A stretch of 64,000 nt of DNA, from assembly GCA_052033375.1 (NCBI GenBank), contig JBPOJQ010000014.1, positions 342 to 64,341 on the forward strand, written 5' to 3'. The translations under genes were made by a program, and so were the position numbers. This stretch comes from Candidatus Magasanikiibacteriota bacterium. Lineage in GTDB: Bacteria; Patescibacteriota; Patescibacteriia; Magasanikbacterales; UBA922. Of this stretch, positions 38,466 through 48,245 are shown piece after piece. Below the pieces are notes generated by a model, which was given only the letters and a program-made list of their open reading frames with translations, was not told where the DNA came from and did no database searches. Each line of letters begins with the position of its first letter. Position 1 is the stretch's first letter.

Positions 38466-39770
38466 CTAATCATGTTTGTGTTCTGGTCTTCCAGTCAATA
38501 CTTTTTCTCTGAGGAAATTGATTACTTTTCGATTTACTAGATAGATGCGTACAGAATCTTGCACCTCTGCTTTATTAAGATTTTCCAAATATTCTGGATG
38601 GTCTTTGTATTCTTTTTTCATTTTTTCGATTTCATTTTTTAGCTCCTCATCACTAACTATGATTTTTTCTTCCCGCGCAATTTGTCTTGACACAAGTGCT
38701 GCTTTTGCACGTTTTGTCGCGGTCTCTGTAAAATCCTTCTGAATATCTTCCTCACTTTTTTTCAAATCAGAGAGGTATTGGTCAATCGTAATTCCATTTT
38801 TTTCTAGATCACGTTTCAATTCATAGAACATTTTTTTTCGTTCAGCATCGATCAACACTTCAGGAATTTCTTCGAATTTTGATTTGTCGATCAGGGCATC
38901 AAACATTTCAATCTCAGCCACTTCATCAGCCTTGTGAAGCGCTTCATGCTCCATATTATTCTGCAATAATTCGCGGAGTTTGATCACACTTTCTTGTCCT
39001 ACTTTTTTTGCAAACTCATCATTCACTTCTGGGAACACACGGGTATACACTTCTTTTACTTTGATTTTGAAATGGCCAGTGTTTCCCGCAAGCATTTTGT
39101 TGTAATAATCTTTTGGAAACGGAATATCAAATTCTTTTTCTTCATCTTTTGAGACACCTATAAGCGCATCATTGAATCCGGGAATGTGCTGATTTTCTGA
39201 GAGATACACCTGATAGTCTTTTGCCTGTCCACCCTCGATTGGCACTCCGTCAAGAAAGAGGTTCATGTCGATCACTACTTTATCTTCCTTGGTAGCCTTA
39301 CCTTCTTTTATCACTTCTGTTGCCTGCATTTTGGTAAGGTTTTCGATAACTGCGTCAATATCAGTCTCAGTTACTGGTTTTGCTTTATGTTCTACTTTTA
39401 TTTTTTCAAGTTTTGGAAGTGTTACTACCGGAAGAATCGCAACCACAGCTTTATACACCAAATCATTACCCGGGGCAATTTTCTCAATAGCAATCTTCGG
39501 CATCCCAATAGTATCCAACTTTTCTTCTGTTACCGCATTATAAAATGTTTCCTGAAGAATATCTTCGAGCGCTTCATTCATTACATGCATTTCACCGATT
39601 TCTCGCTTTACCATGTCGAATGGAGCATGTCCTTTGCGGAAACCTTTGATGGTGGTTCTATTTGAAATCCTTTCAGCTGCTTTTCGCAAATGTTTTTCAT
39701 ATTCAGCAGATGTGACAGTAATTGTTATCTCGATTTCTGAATTTTTGAGTTTTTTATACGTGTGTTCCAT
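38466..39770 (-). CDS. tig: Trigger factor
   Basis: GFRKG.AP ribosome-binding motif, IPGF...L.G, FP.DY. Confidence 0.95.
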   Translation of the reverse strand: MEHTYKKLKNSEIEITITVTSAEYEKHLRKAAERISNRTTIKGFRKGHAPFDMVKREIGEMHVMNEALEDILQETFYNAVTEEKLDTIGMPKIAIEKIAPGNDLVYKAVVAILPVVTLPKLEKIKVEHKAKPVTETDIDAVIENLTKMQATEVIKEGKATKEDKVVIDMNLFLDGVPIEGGQAKDYQVYLSENQHIPGFNDALIGVSKDEEKEFDIPFPKDYYNKMLAGNTGHFKIKVKEVYTRVFPEVNDEFAKKVGQESVIKLRELLQNNMEHEALHKADEVAEIEMFDALIDKSKFEEIPEVLIDAERKKMFYELKRDLEKNGITIDQYLSDLKKSEEDIQKDFTETATKRAKAALVSRQIAREEKIIVSDEELKNEIEKMKKEYKDHPEYLENLNKAEVQDSVRIYLVNRKVINFLREKVLTGRPEHKHD

Positions 39771-39835
39771 ATAACATAAATTATGCTTAACAGTTTGCTG
39801 ATTATAGCGAAAGTTAATGAAATTGTCAAAGGTGC

Positions 39836-39956
39836 TTTTACCCTATAAAAACATTCACCCCCGTATCGTATGACACGGGGGTTCGTCGAGTCCGTCGGGC
39901 CAGAAGCGTTGCGCTCCATGAAGCCAGTCTAGACTTGCCTGAACAGGAGTTCAGGA
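39836..39956 (-). repeat. Structured 3'-UTR module, copy 1
   Basis: 118/121 identical to 40456-40576; several hairpins plus terminator. Confidence 0.92.
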
Positions 39957-39967
39957 CTTGTGCGTAC

Positions 39968-40243
39968 TTACTCAAATTCCTTTATGAGTTTTTCCTTCTC
40001 TACCTCCTTTGTCTTCTTGTTTTGGGTATCGTGCACACTAATCATGACCATGCCGAGAACGGCGATGAAGGACATGGTGATCAAAAAGATCCCCATCACC
40101 TTGTCGTGAGTACGAGGATTCTCGTACCCACAGGTCATGTCGAGACCGACGCACAGCATGATGATGTACATCAGTGCACACCAGAGCATGACGAATTTGT
40201 AAGCTGTGTCTTTGCTCTTTTCTCTTCTCTCTTCCGGGTTCAT
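39968..40243 (-). CDS. Orphan two-TM small protein
   Basis: GGAGGA SD, TTGACA-17-TATACT promoter (40398-40370). Confidence 0.65.
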   Translation of the reverse strand: MNPEERREKSKDTAYKFVMLWCALMYIIMLCVGLDMTCGYENPRTHDKVMGIFLITMSFIAVLGMVMISVHDTQNKKTKEVEKEKLIKEFE

Positions 40244-40455
40244 CCTTCCTCCATGATTCCCTGACTTTCGATTTCCGTGACTACCTATTAGTATGCCAAG
40301 CATTTAGCATACCAGTATGTAGTCACGTTATTGCTCTTTGATTGGAAAGGGCTTACTATGTAACAATACAGTATAGCATGAAAAGAAGATTCTGTCAAGA
40401 TATTTATGCAATAATTTCGCTTAACCTAGCAAAATTTTCTCAATTAAGCCTAGGT

Positions 40456-40576
40456 TTTTACCCTATAAAAACATTCACCCCCGTATCGTATGACACGGGG
40501 GTTCGTCGAGTCCGTCGGGCCAGAAGCGTTGCGCTCCATGAAGCCCGCCTGGACTTGCCTGAACAGGAGTTCAGGA
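40456..40576 (-). repeat. Structured 3'-UTR module, copy 2
   Basis: Direct repeat of 39836-39956 at 620 bp offset; contains the ORF stop codon. Confidence 0.92.
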
Positions 40577-40891
40577 TTTTGAGTTGCACTCACGATTCAC
40601 CGCGAGATGATCCTCGAGTTTCTCGTCGATCTGGACAATCTCGTCCTCGGTGAACGGCTCACCACGAGCCATGTCGGCGAAGGAATCATCGTGATGAGCT
40701 CCGCTGTACTCCTCACCAGGCTCGTAGTAGTTACCCTTGTCGGTTGAGCTCTCCGGCTCGACTATATCTTCGTCATCCAACCCCTCATACCATAGACGTT
40801 GCCGCTCGAGTTCATCCGCCTCTTCATCGAGCTCCACCTGTGCATCTCGACTCCACTGTGCGAAATTGCTCTGACGCCGATTCTTTCCCAC
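40571..40891 (-). CDS. Orphan highly acidic small protein
   Basis: GTG start with AAGGGGTG SD, TTGACA-17-TATATT promoter (41081-41053); 31/106 residues D or E. Confidence 0.65.
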   Translation of the reverse strand: MGKNRRQSNFAQWSRDAQVELDEEADELERQRLWYEGLDDEDIVEPESSTDKGNYYEPGEEYSGAHHDDSFADMARGEPFTEDEIVQIDEKLEDHLAVNRECNSKS

Positions 40892-41191
40892 GATTCACCC
40901 CTTTACACGGAATGTCTTATACCTGACCCTGTGCCAAGTTTTTTGACACTCTATGTACTGTGTTTTGACAGCCTTCTTTTTGTATATTTTATCTAAAATA
41001 AGCCAAAAAGAAAGCCAAGAAAGATATTATAAAGGACGATTTTGAACTAGAAAATATACCATATTTAAGCCATTTTGTCAAGGCTTTTATGCTATTTTTA
41101 CCTAAAATTAGCCACACGTACTATATTTTTCTATAAAAACATGAACCTCTGCACCAGTATATACCAGCGCAGAGGCTTTTTCCTCCTATGT

Positions 41192-41548
41192 CTAATGTGT
41201 GATGATCCTACGGATGGATGCGAGCCACCCTGGCGGCAGCCGCGGAGGCCCCCATCCAGGACGTATGCAGACGAGACTCAGGTCGGTGTAGAGGACGCCG
41301 TTCATCCGATGCCTCGAATCTGCACCTGGAATCTCTGGTGTCACACTGTACAGAGGCCACGTGTAGCCCGTGATACTGATGATCCTCTCGTTCACAGGCG
41401 TGACATCCTCGATATAGATGACATGCCCCCCCACCCGATTGCGTGGATTCCCGTAGACAGTGATCCTCGCCCTCGGGACGAAGTCTGTGGGAACATAGAA
41501 TCCCCAGACATCGAACGAACTGTAGAAAAACCTGTCACAGACACCCAT
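41192..41548 (-). CDS. Orphan small protein
   Basis: AAGGGGG SD before ATG 41548, TTGACA at 41617, 3' hairpin terminator. Confidence 0.5.
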   Translation of the reverse strand: MGVCDRFFYSSFDVWGFYVPTDFVPRARITVYGNPRNRVGGHVIYIEDVTPVNERIISITGYTWPLYSVTPEIPGADSRHRMNGVLYTDLSLVCIRPGWGPPRLPPGWLASIRRIITH

Positions 41549-41738
41549 ACACACCCCCTTGCAGTACGAATCAGAACACCAGTAACAAAAAATACACCTG
41601 CATATCTGGCTTGTCAAGGATATATCTCTCATATTTCAGTTCCATTTGGGCATATTGTCGCCACCATTCGGTGCGATATCTAATTTTCAGGTTTCAGGAA
41701 CCACAAAACCTGCTATACTATCTCTACCTAATATTCTT

Positions 41739-44417
41739 ATGCCAAAAACCAATAAAACAGTCGTCATAATAGATGGAAATGCCATCATCCACCGCGCATA
41801 CCATGCCCTCCCCCCGCTCACAGCCCCAGATGGGACCCTCGTGAATGCTGTTTATGGATTTGCGTCTATGCTCCTCAAAGTCATGGCAGATCTGAAGCCT
41901 GACTATCTGGTAACTACGTTTGACGTCGCTGGTGGAACATTTCGTGATGAAATCTATACTGAATACAAAGCAACACGTGTCAAAGCTGAGCAATCACTCT
42001 ATGATCAAATTCCGCTAGTTCATGAACTGGTTAAAGGTTTTAATGTTCCAATTTATACGAAGGCAGGATTTGAGGCTGATGATCTTATTGGCACGGTCGC
42101 AAAAAAAATTACAGCAGACCATAAAGATATCACCTGTATTGTGGTGACAGGTGATAAAGACTTATTGCAACTTGTCGATGATAATAAAATCGAAGTATAT
42201 CTTCTCAAAAAAGGAATGTCCGAGTTTGAGTTGTTTAACGAAGCACATGTACAGGAAAAATTCGGATTCTCGCCAATTCAAATGATTGATTACAAATCTC
42301 TTCGCGGAGATACTTCTGATAATATTCCCGGAGTAAAAGGTATCGGAGAAAAAACCGCAACAGAACTCATCACACATTTCGGATCACTCGAAAAAATTTA
42401 TACTGCGCTCAAAAAAGAAGATACAAAAATATCTGCAAGTGTGCAAAAAAAATTAACCGAAGGATACGAGTCGGCATTGATGAGCAAAAAACTTGCAACG
42501 ATTGATACCAATGTTCCAGACATCGAATATTCACTTACTGAAATGCACACAACCTCATACAAACGAGAGGATGTGATTGAGTTGTTCAAAAAATTTGGTT
42601 TTTATTCTCTGGTAAAGCGCCTGTCGGGCGGAGAATCTGTTGTGGAAGAAAAAAAATTCAAGAAAAAAGAAAAAAAACTGAAGGTTGGTGATGTTACCCT
42701 AGTCGACACCAAAAATATTTCTGAACTTAACGCACTTTTAAAAAAATACAAAATCTGTGCATGCAGACCATTGTTCCAAAATGAATCTGGAAACGTACTC
42801 ACGTCTCCATGTACAGGTATCGTATGCGTGGTTGGCGGGGATGCATGGCAAATTCCTTTTTCTCTATTTCCAAAAATTCAGTTTAATACCAAAGATATTA
42901 CCATTGTCGGGCATGATGTGAAACAATTCGTAAAACTGTACATGCACGAAGGAATAGAGTTCAAAGCAAAACTTTTTGATGTCATGATTGCATCATATCT
43001 TCTCAACTCAAGTACACGAGCACACGACATGGAATCAATTGCGATTCGTGAATTAGGAATTGAACTTCCTAATACGGATCAATCCTCACTATTTGGAATT
43101 GACCCGAAGCTTGTCGCAACTGAACTTTCAGCAATGCTCCAGGTACAAGAAAAATATGATACAGCACTCTCCAGTGAAGCAGACAAAGGATTATTTGAGG
43201 ATGTAGAGATGGCCCTTATTCCTGTCTTGGCACACATGGAGCTTGCTGGGGTTGCAATTGATCTTCCTCTCTTGGGACAGTTATCAGAAAAAATCGCAAA
43301 GACAATCAAAGAGCTTGAACAGAAAATCTGGAAAGAAGCTGGAAAAGAATTCAATGTGGCATCTTCAACACAACTTCGTGATATTTTATTTGAGACATTG
43401 CAGTTACCAACCGACATGATCAAAAAAGGTAAGACCGGTTATTCTACTGCCGCAAGTGAACTCGAAAAATTACGAGAAATACACCCAGTTATACCTTTTA
43501 TTGAAGAATATCGTGAAGTTGAAAAACTGCGAAATACCTATATTGATGTATTACCAACACTTATCAATCCAAAAACTGGACGCATTCACACAACCTTCAA
43601 TCAAGCAATCGCTGCGACAGGCCGTCTTTCAAGTATTGACCCGAATTTACAAAATATTCCAATTAGAACTGAATTGGGGAAAGATGTACGCAAAGCATTT
43701 ATTGCAGACAAGGGAAACAAACTAATTTCAGCTGATTATTCCCAGATTGAACTCCGTATCGTGGCTTCTCTTGCGAATGATCTGAAAATGATTGAAATAT
43801 TTAAAAAGGGCGAGGATATTCATACGGCGACAGCTGCAGCAATTCACAATATTCCACTCGATAAAGTCACCAAGGACATTCGGAGATCAGCAAAAGAAGT
43901 AAATTTTGGTGTTCTTTATGGGATGGGTGCCTTTGGACTTGCTTCTCGAACCGGCATAACTCAATTTGAAGCAAAGGACTTTATTAAAAAATATTTTGAA
44001 ACGTTTTCTGGTGTAAAAGCATACCTAGATAATACACTTGAAGAAGCAAAAAAAACTGGATATGTAGAAACATTATTTGGTCGCAAACGGTATGTGCCAG
44101 AATTACAATCACCAAATAGACAAATCCAGGCAGCCGGAGAACGTATGGCAATCAATATGCCAATACAAGGAACCGCAGCTGATCTTATGAAAATGGCAAT
44201 GATCGCGGTATACCACGCACTTAAAAAAGAAAAATTACTTGATACACATGCTCGAATGACGCTTCAAATACATGATGAACTCGTCCTTGAGGTTGAGGAA
44301 ACATACGCTAAAACGGTTGCAGAGATTGTACAAGCAGAAATGCAAAATGTTGCAAAATTACGTGTACCGATTGACGTGGGTGTTGAAATTGGGGATCGAT
44401 GGGGAGAGATGAAATAG
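41739..44417 (+). CDS. polA: DNA polymerase I
   Basis: 5'-3' exonuclease DGN..RAYHA, EADD, GD.SDNIPGV.GIGEKTA; polymerase TGRLSS.PNLQNIP, DYSQIELR, QIHDEL. Confidence 0.97.
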   Translation: MPKTNKTVVIIDGNAIIHRAYHALPPLTAPDGTLVNAVYGFASMLLKVMADLKPDYLVTTFDVAGGTFRDEIYTEYKATRVKAEQSLYDQIPLVHELVKGFNVPIYTKAGFEADDLIGTVAKKITADHKDITCIVVTGDKDLLQLVDDNKIEVYLLKKGMSEFELFNEAHVQEKFGFSPIQMIDYKSLRGDTSDNIPGVKGIGEKTATELITHFGSLEKIYTALKKEDTKISASVQKKLTEGYESALMSKKLATIDTNVPDIEYSLTEMHTTSYKREDVIELFKKFGFYSLVKRLSGGESVVEEKKFKKKEKKLKVGDVTLVDTKNISELNALLKKYKICACRPLFQNESGNVLTSPCTGIVCVVGGDAWQIPFSLFPKIQFNTKDITIVGHDVKQFVKLYMHEGIEFKAKLFDVMIASYLLNSSTRAHDMESIAIRELGIELPNTDQSSLFGIDPKLVATELSAMLQVQEKYDTALSSEADKGLFEDVEMALIPVLAHMELAGVAIDLPLLGQLSEKIAKTIKELEQKIWKEAGKEFNVASSTQLRDILFETLQLPTDMIKKGKTGYSTAASELEKLREIHPVIPFIEEYREVEKLRNTYIDVLPTLINPKTGRIHTTFNQAIAATGRLSSIDPNLQNIPIRTELGKDVRKAFIADKGNKLISADYSQIELRIVASLANDLKMIEIFKKGEDIHTATAAAIHNIPLDKVTKDIRRSAKEVNFGVLYGMGAFGLASRTGITQFEAKDFIKKYFETFSGVKAYLDNTLEEAKKTGYVETLFGRKRYVPELQSPNRQIQAAGERMAINMPIQGTAADLMKMAMIAVYHALKKEKLLDTHARMTLQIHDELVLEVEETYAKTVAEIVQAEMQNVAKLRVPIDVGVEIGDRWGEMK

Positions 44418-44546
44418 AGTCGAAAGTTACAAGAGAATTCTGTATTTTGACTTTATAAACTTTACGACTTTACAGGTTTTCGATTTAAATGAAACAGCCA
44501 GGGTACATGAAAGCGTTTGACGCCGTCAGTGTCCCTGGCAATTGAT

Positions 44547-44990
44547 TCAGGCCTCCGATCGATACTTCCGGAAAATATTGACGAAGTACTTCTCCGCCGA
44601 CATTCCCCGTAGTTCGACCACCCGAACCCCGAGTGTCTTTGCTTCGCGCTTCTCCTTTTCCCGAAATTCGGGATCGAGCCCCTCGAAGCTGGTCACGACC
44701 GTAACCTTTTTCCCACGACCATTGAGGTCTTTGAGGATCCGGCGAACCAGAAGCCATGATTGCTCTCGCGTCGCGCATGCCTGCTCCACGTCTCCGACGT
44801 AGACATACACCGCATCAGCTCGGGCAAGCTCGTGACGATTGAAGTTCCTGTAGATGAGCTGGGGATCGTCCCACTCACCAGGTTTTCTCTCGTACGAATG
44901 CACCACGAGCGTATCGTTGTGACGTGTGTATTGCTTGTGTCCTGCCGGCACTTCCGGCACGACTCCGAATGTCACAATCATCTCGAACAC
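44547..44990 (-). CDS. Orphan 147-aa protein
   Basis: GAGGA SD, GC-rich codons, 3' GCCAGGG/CCCTGGC hairpin. Confidence 0.6.
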   Translation of the reverse strand: MFEMIVTFGVVPEVPAGHKQYTRHNDTLVVHSYERKPGEWDDPQLIYRNFNRHELARADAVYVYVGDVEQACATREQSWLLVRRILKDLNGRGKKVTVVTSFEGLDPEFREKEKREAKTLGVRVVELRGMSAEKYFVNIFRKYRSEA

Positions 44991-45206
44991 ATATCCTCGT
45001 TTCTCACGTATGCGTCAGGAAAGCACATGCTCGTTGGAACAATAGTCCACCGAACTTTTGTTCCTTATCCTGTGGCAGACGCAAGTCTATGTCCACTCCT
45101 CCTTTACCAGTGGACTGTAATTTGACTATACCAAAAAAAGAAAAACTATACGAATACGTATAGTTTTTTCCTGTAGTAGATGACACGTATGTGCAATACA
45201 ACCCCC

Positions 45207-46439
45207 TCATTTCTTCTCAATATAAATAAAATGTCCGAATCCAAAACTATGCATAGTCCAGTCAAACACAATCCGAAGTTTTCTGAGAATTCCTGGCATA
45301 TACATCACATATACTGTGCGCCTAATCCACCAGGCAACCCACCCATACACAGTAAGTGTTCCAAATATTGCCACTCCATACCAATCACCCACCGGCATTA
45401 GTTGACCTTTTGATGTAAAGGCAAAAGGTCGCATAGTTTTTTTCCCGGCAAGTCTACGTGCAATATCTTTTCCTACAAACTGCCCTGCCTTGTGTGCAAC
45501 TTCAGCGAGTTGTGGGCATGGACGACCCGTGACACCATCGTTCGTATAAGCAATATCCCCAATCGCATAACAAGATTCATCACCCTGAATTCTCAAATAT
45601 TGATCCACTACCATTCGTCCTTTTTCACATTTTTTTTCATCAATATAACACGCACCCGTATTCGCAAACCCCGCTGCCCACACCGTAATATCACTCTTTA
45701 ATTCTGTTCCTGTATTGAGGATTACTGAATTAGGAGTTACCCGAGCAACAGAATTATTGAATACGAATTCAACCCCTTGTTTTTCCAGACGTTTTTTTAC
45801 TCGCTTCTGCACTTCTGATTTCATAGACGACAGAATCGAAGCACTCGGGTCAATTACTCGCACGGTTATTTTTTTATCTGGGTATAATTTTTTCAAATCC
45901 CCATTTTTCAATGTACCATACTGCCCCGCAATCTCCACACCCACATATCCTCCTCCGACAATGGTAATAATAAATTCCTCTGATTCACTATTTTCAAGTT
46001 TTTCAATCAGACTATATTTCAAAAATAATGCTTCCTGTAAATTTCTTACATGGTGTGTGTATTCACCAGCGCCCGGCACGCCATACAAATTTACCGTGCT
46101 GCCCAGTGCTATCACGCAATAAGCATATGAAATCACCGCTGATGAAGTGCGTACTTCTTTTTTTTCATAGTCTATTTTTTCTACCTGTGCTTTTACAAAA
46201 GTATGTGGTGTACCGTGTATCAGCTCACGAAGTGGGATTGAGGCGTGTGTCGATTCTACCGACCCAGTCGCGACTTCATGTAGCAATGGAATAAAGGTAA
46301 AATAATTATTTTCATCAACAATCGTAATATGCGCCGGCACTCCTGCACGTCTTATTTCACGACTCAATGTTCGGAATGCTTCATATCCACCAATTCCTGC
46401 TCCCAGAATTACGATGTCTGTTTTGATTTTTTTCATCAT
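45207..46439 (-). CDS. ndh: Type II NADH dehydrogenase-like FAD oxidoreductase
   Basis: ILGAG.GG, F.PLL.EVATG, VGGG..GVE.AG, W.AG, YAIGD. Confidence 0.85.
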   Translation of the reverse strand: MMKKIKTDIVILGAGIGGYEAFRTLSREIRRAGVPAHITIVDENNYFTFIPLLHEVATGSVESTHASIPLRELIHGTPHTFVKAQVEKIDYEKKEVRTSSAVISYAYCVIALGSTVNLYGVPGAGEYTHHVRNLQEALFLKYSLIEKLENSESEEFIITIVGGGYVGVEIAGQYGTLKNGDLKKLYPDKKITVRVIDPSASILSSMKSEVQKRVKKRLEKQGVEFVFNNSVARVTPNSVILNTGTELKSDITVWAAGFANTGACYIDEKKCEKGRMVVDQYLRIQGDESCYAIGDIAYTNDGVTGRPCPQLAEVAHKAGQFVGKDIARRLAGKKTMRPFAFTSKGQLMPVGDWYGVAIFGTLTVYGWVAWWIRRTVYVMYMPGILRKLRIVFDWTMHSFGFGHFIYIEKK

Positions 46440-46565
46440 ACTAATAAAAGACGTGTGATATTTAAAAGTGCAGATAGTATAGCAGTCCGTCCGAATCATT
46501 GCCTAGAGCATCGTCATTTAGATACAAAATTCGCCCATCTTTGGGCGAATTTTGTATTATACATT

Positions 46566-47090
46566 TTATACCTTAGTTTTTTTATCCGTATGTCCAGACT
46601 CACACTCACATTTATCCCCACAACACCCACGATCGGTATGTTCTTCTACACAGCCATCACTGCCACATGCGTCCTGACGACAGCACGCAGAATCAGCTGA
46701 CCCACGCCCCATTAATGCCCATGCACCCGCCCCAGTTGTATAGAGCGCCACCAGTGCACCTAATAATACGATTGGTAATTCAGTGGCACCACCATATGGC
46801 ATTTTAGTGTGCACAGTGACAAGTGCTACAATCATTGTTATTCCGAGTAACGCAGTTACCACACGATTGAACAGTCCTAATATGAGCGCTATACCTCCAC
46901 CAAATTCTACTACTGCGACCACCCATGCCCAAAAGGTAGGTAGTGGCAAACCAATTCCTTGCATCATTCCCACAGTGCCTTCCATTCCATTTAATTTCAT
47001 CCACCCGTGGTAGATAAACACAATACCCACTGCAAGACGAAGTGCGAGCAAGCCCCAATGTTTCTTTTTTGACTGATTATCCATGCACAT
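46566..47090 (-). CDS. DoxX-family membrane protein with Cys/His-rich tail
   Basis: LR..VG.VF..HG..KL, E..GG...LG...R, G.GA.A. Confidence 0.88.
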   Translation of the reverse strand: MCMDNQSKKKHWGLLALRLAVGIVFIYHGWMKLNGMEGTVGMMQGIGLPLPTFWAWVVAVVEFGGGIALILGLFNRVVTALLGITMIVALVTVHTKMPYGGATELPIVLLGALVALYTTGAGAWALMGRGSADSACCRQDACGSDGCVEEHTDRGCCGDKCECESGHTDKKTKV

Positions 47091-47258
47091 ATGTGATACA
47101 TTAAAAAATAAAGGTGAACACCAATCAGTGTACACTATTTTTCCCTTCTATTCAAGAGATTGAGTAATCAAAAAAAAACAGGTACAATGGACGCACCAAT
47201 TGCGAATTAAAGATATCCGTAATGTTCGATTTTCATAATTCGCGTATAACCAATATAT

Positions 47259-48245
47259 ATGTTGATTTTTCTCTACGGTACTGATACATTCCGAAGCCGT
47301 GAATCACTCCACAAAATGATCCGCAAGTTTACAGCCGAACGCGATCCTTCAGGCTATAATGTAGTCCGCCTTGATGCACTTACCGAAAAACCAACCACAA
47401 TACTCACTGAACTTCATGGTTCCCCATTCTTAGCTGAAAAACGAATGGTGGTAATCCAATATGCACTTGAATCAAAACATGCAGTATTGCATGAAAAACT
47501 TGAAACTATTCTTGAAGACGAGCACTCAATTCCCTCTACCACCATTTGTGTTGTGTACGAAAAAAATGACACATTCAAAACAAAAATTCAGAAGGAGTTG
47601 CTCAAAAAATTGGCATCCACTGCGTATGCCCAGCACTTTGAAACACTCGAAGGAGCACAGCTAGCCCGATGGATTGCTGAGTATGCAAAAGAAAAAAAAC
47701 TTGTACTCGAAAAAAGGGCTCTTGATTTTATCACAACACACTCACGAGGCAACAGTTGGTTCATTCATTCTCTCGTTGACCAACTCGCTGCATATTGCAA
47801 CGCCACAACATGCACGATTGAGACAGTACAGCTCTTTCTCAATGAAAGTGCAGATGATAATATCTTCAACCTCATTGATGCGATCGTGGCAAAAAAACCA
47901 CAAAAAATATACGCAATGATACGGGAACAATATGATCGCGGAGAAGATGCTCAATATATTTTTTCTATGCTTATACGGCAATTCCGCATCATGCTTCAAA
48001 TCAAAGACGCACTGGTCCGGACACAAAATCCTGCGCTGCGCCCTTCGCCAGACATACTTGCAAAAACCATAGGAATTCATCCATTTGTGGTAAAAAAAAC
48101 CATTCCACTTCTCGCTACATACACACTAGAACAACTAAAAACTTTGTACAATGAACTTCTCTCTATCGACATCAAAACAAAAACCGGCAAGGGTTCTATG
48201 CCGACTTTGATTGATTTGTTGGTTGGAAAAATTTGCGTGAAATAA
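47259..48245 (+). CDS. holA: DNA polymerase III delta subunit
   Basis: YG.D.F, PF....RMV, IF.L.DA, HPFVV.K, D..KTG. Confidence 0.9.
   Translation: MLIFLYGTDTFRSRESLHKMIRKFTAERDPSGYNVVRLDALTEKPTTILTELHGSPFLAEKRMVVIQYALESKHAVLHEKLETILEDEHSIPSTTICVVYEKNDTFKTKIQKELLKKLASTAYAQHFETLEGAQLARWIAEYAKEKKLVLEKRALDFITTHSRGNSWFIHSLVDQLAAYCNATTCTIETVQLFLNESADDNIFNLIDAIVAKKPQKIYAMIREQYDRGEDAQYIFSMLIRQFRIMLQIKDALVRTQNPALRPSPDILAKTIGIHPFVVKKTIPLLATYTLEQLKTLYNELLSIDIKTKTGKGSMPTLIDLLVGKICVK

Noticed and set aside
39836-40576. CRISPR array or integron attC sites
   Set aside because: Only two 121-nt copies 620 bp apart; no RYYYAAC/GTTRRRY cores, no cas or intI gene
45004-45210. Small ORF upstream of the 44547-44990 orphan
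   Set aside because: SD-like AGGAGGA is too close to the GTG and there is no recognisable product; may just be 5' UTR
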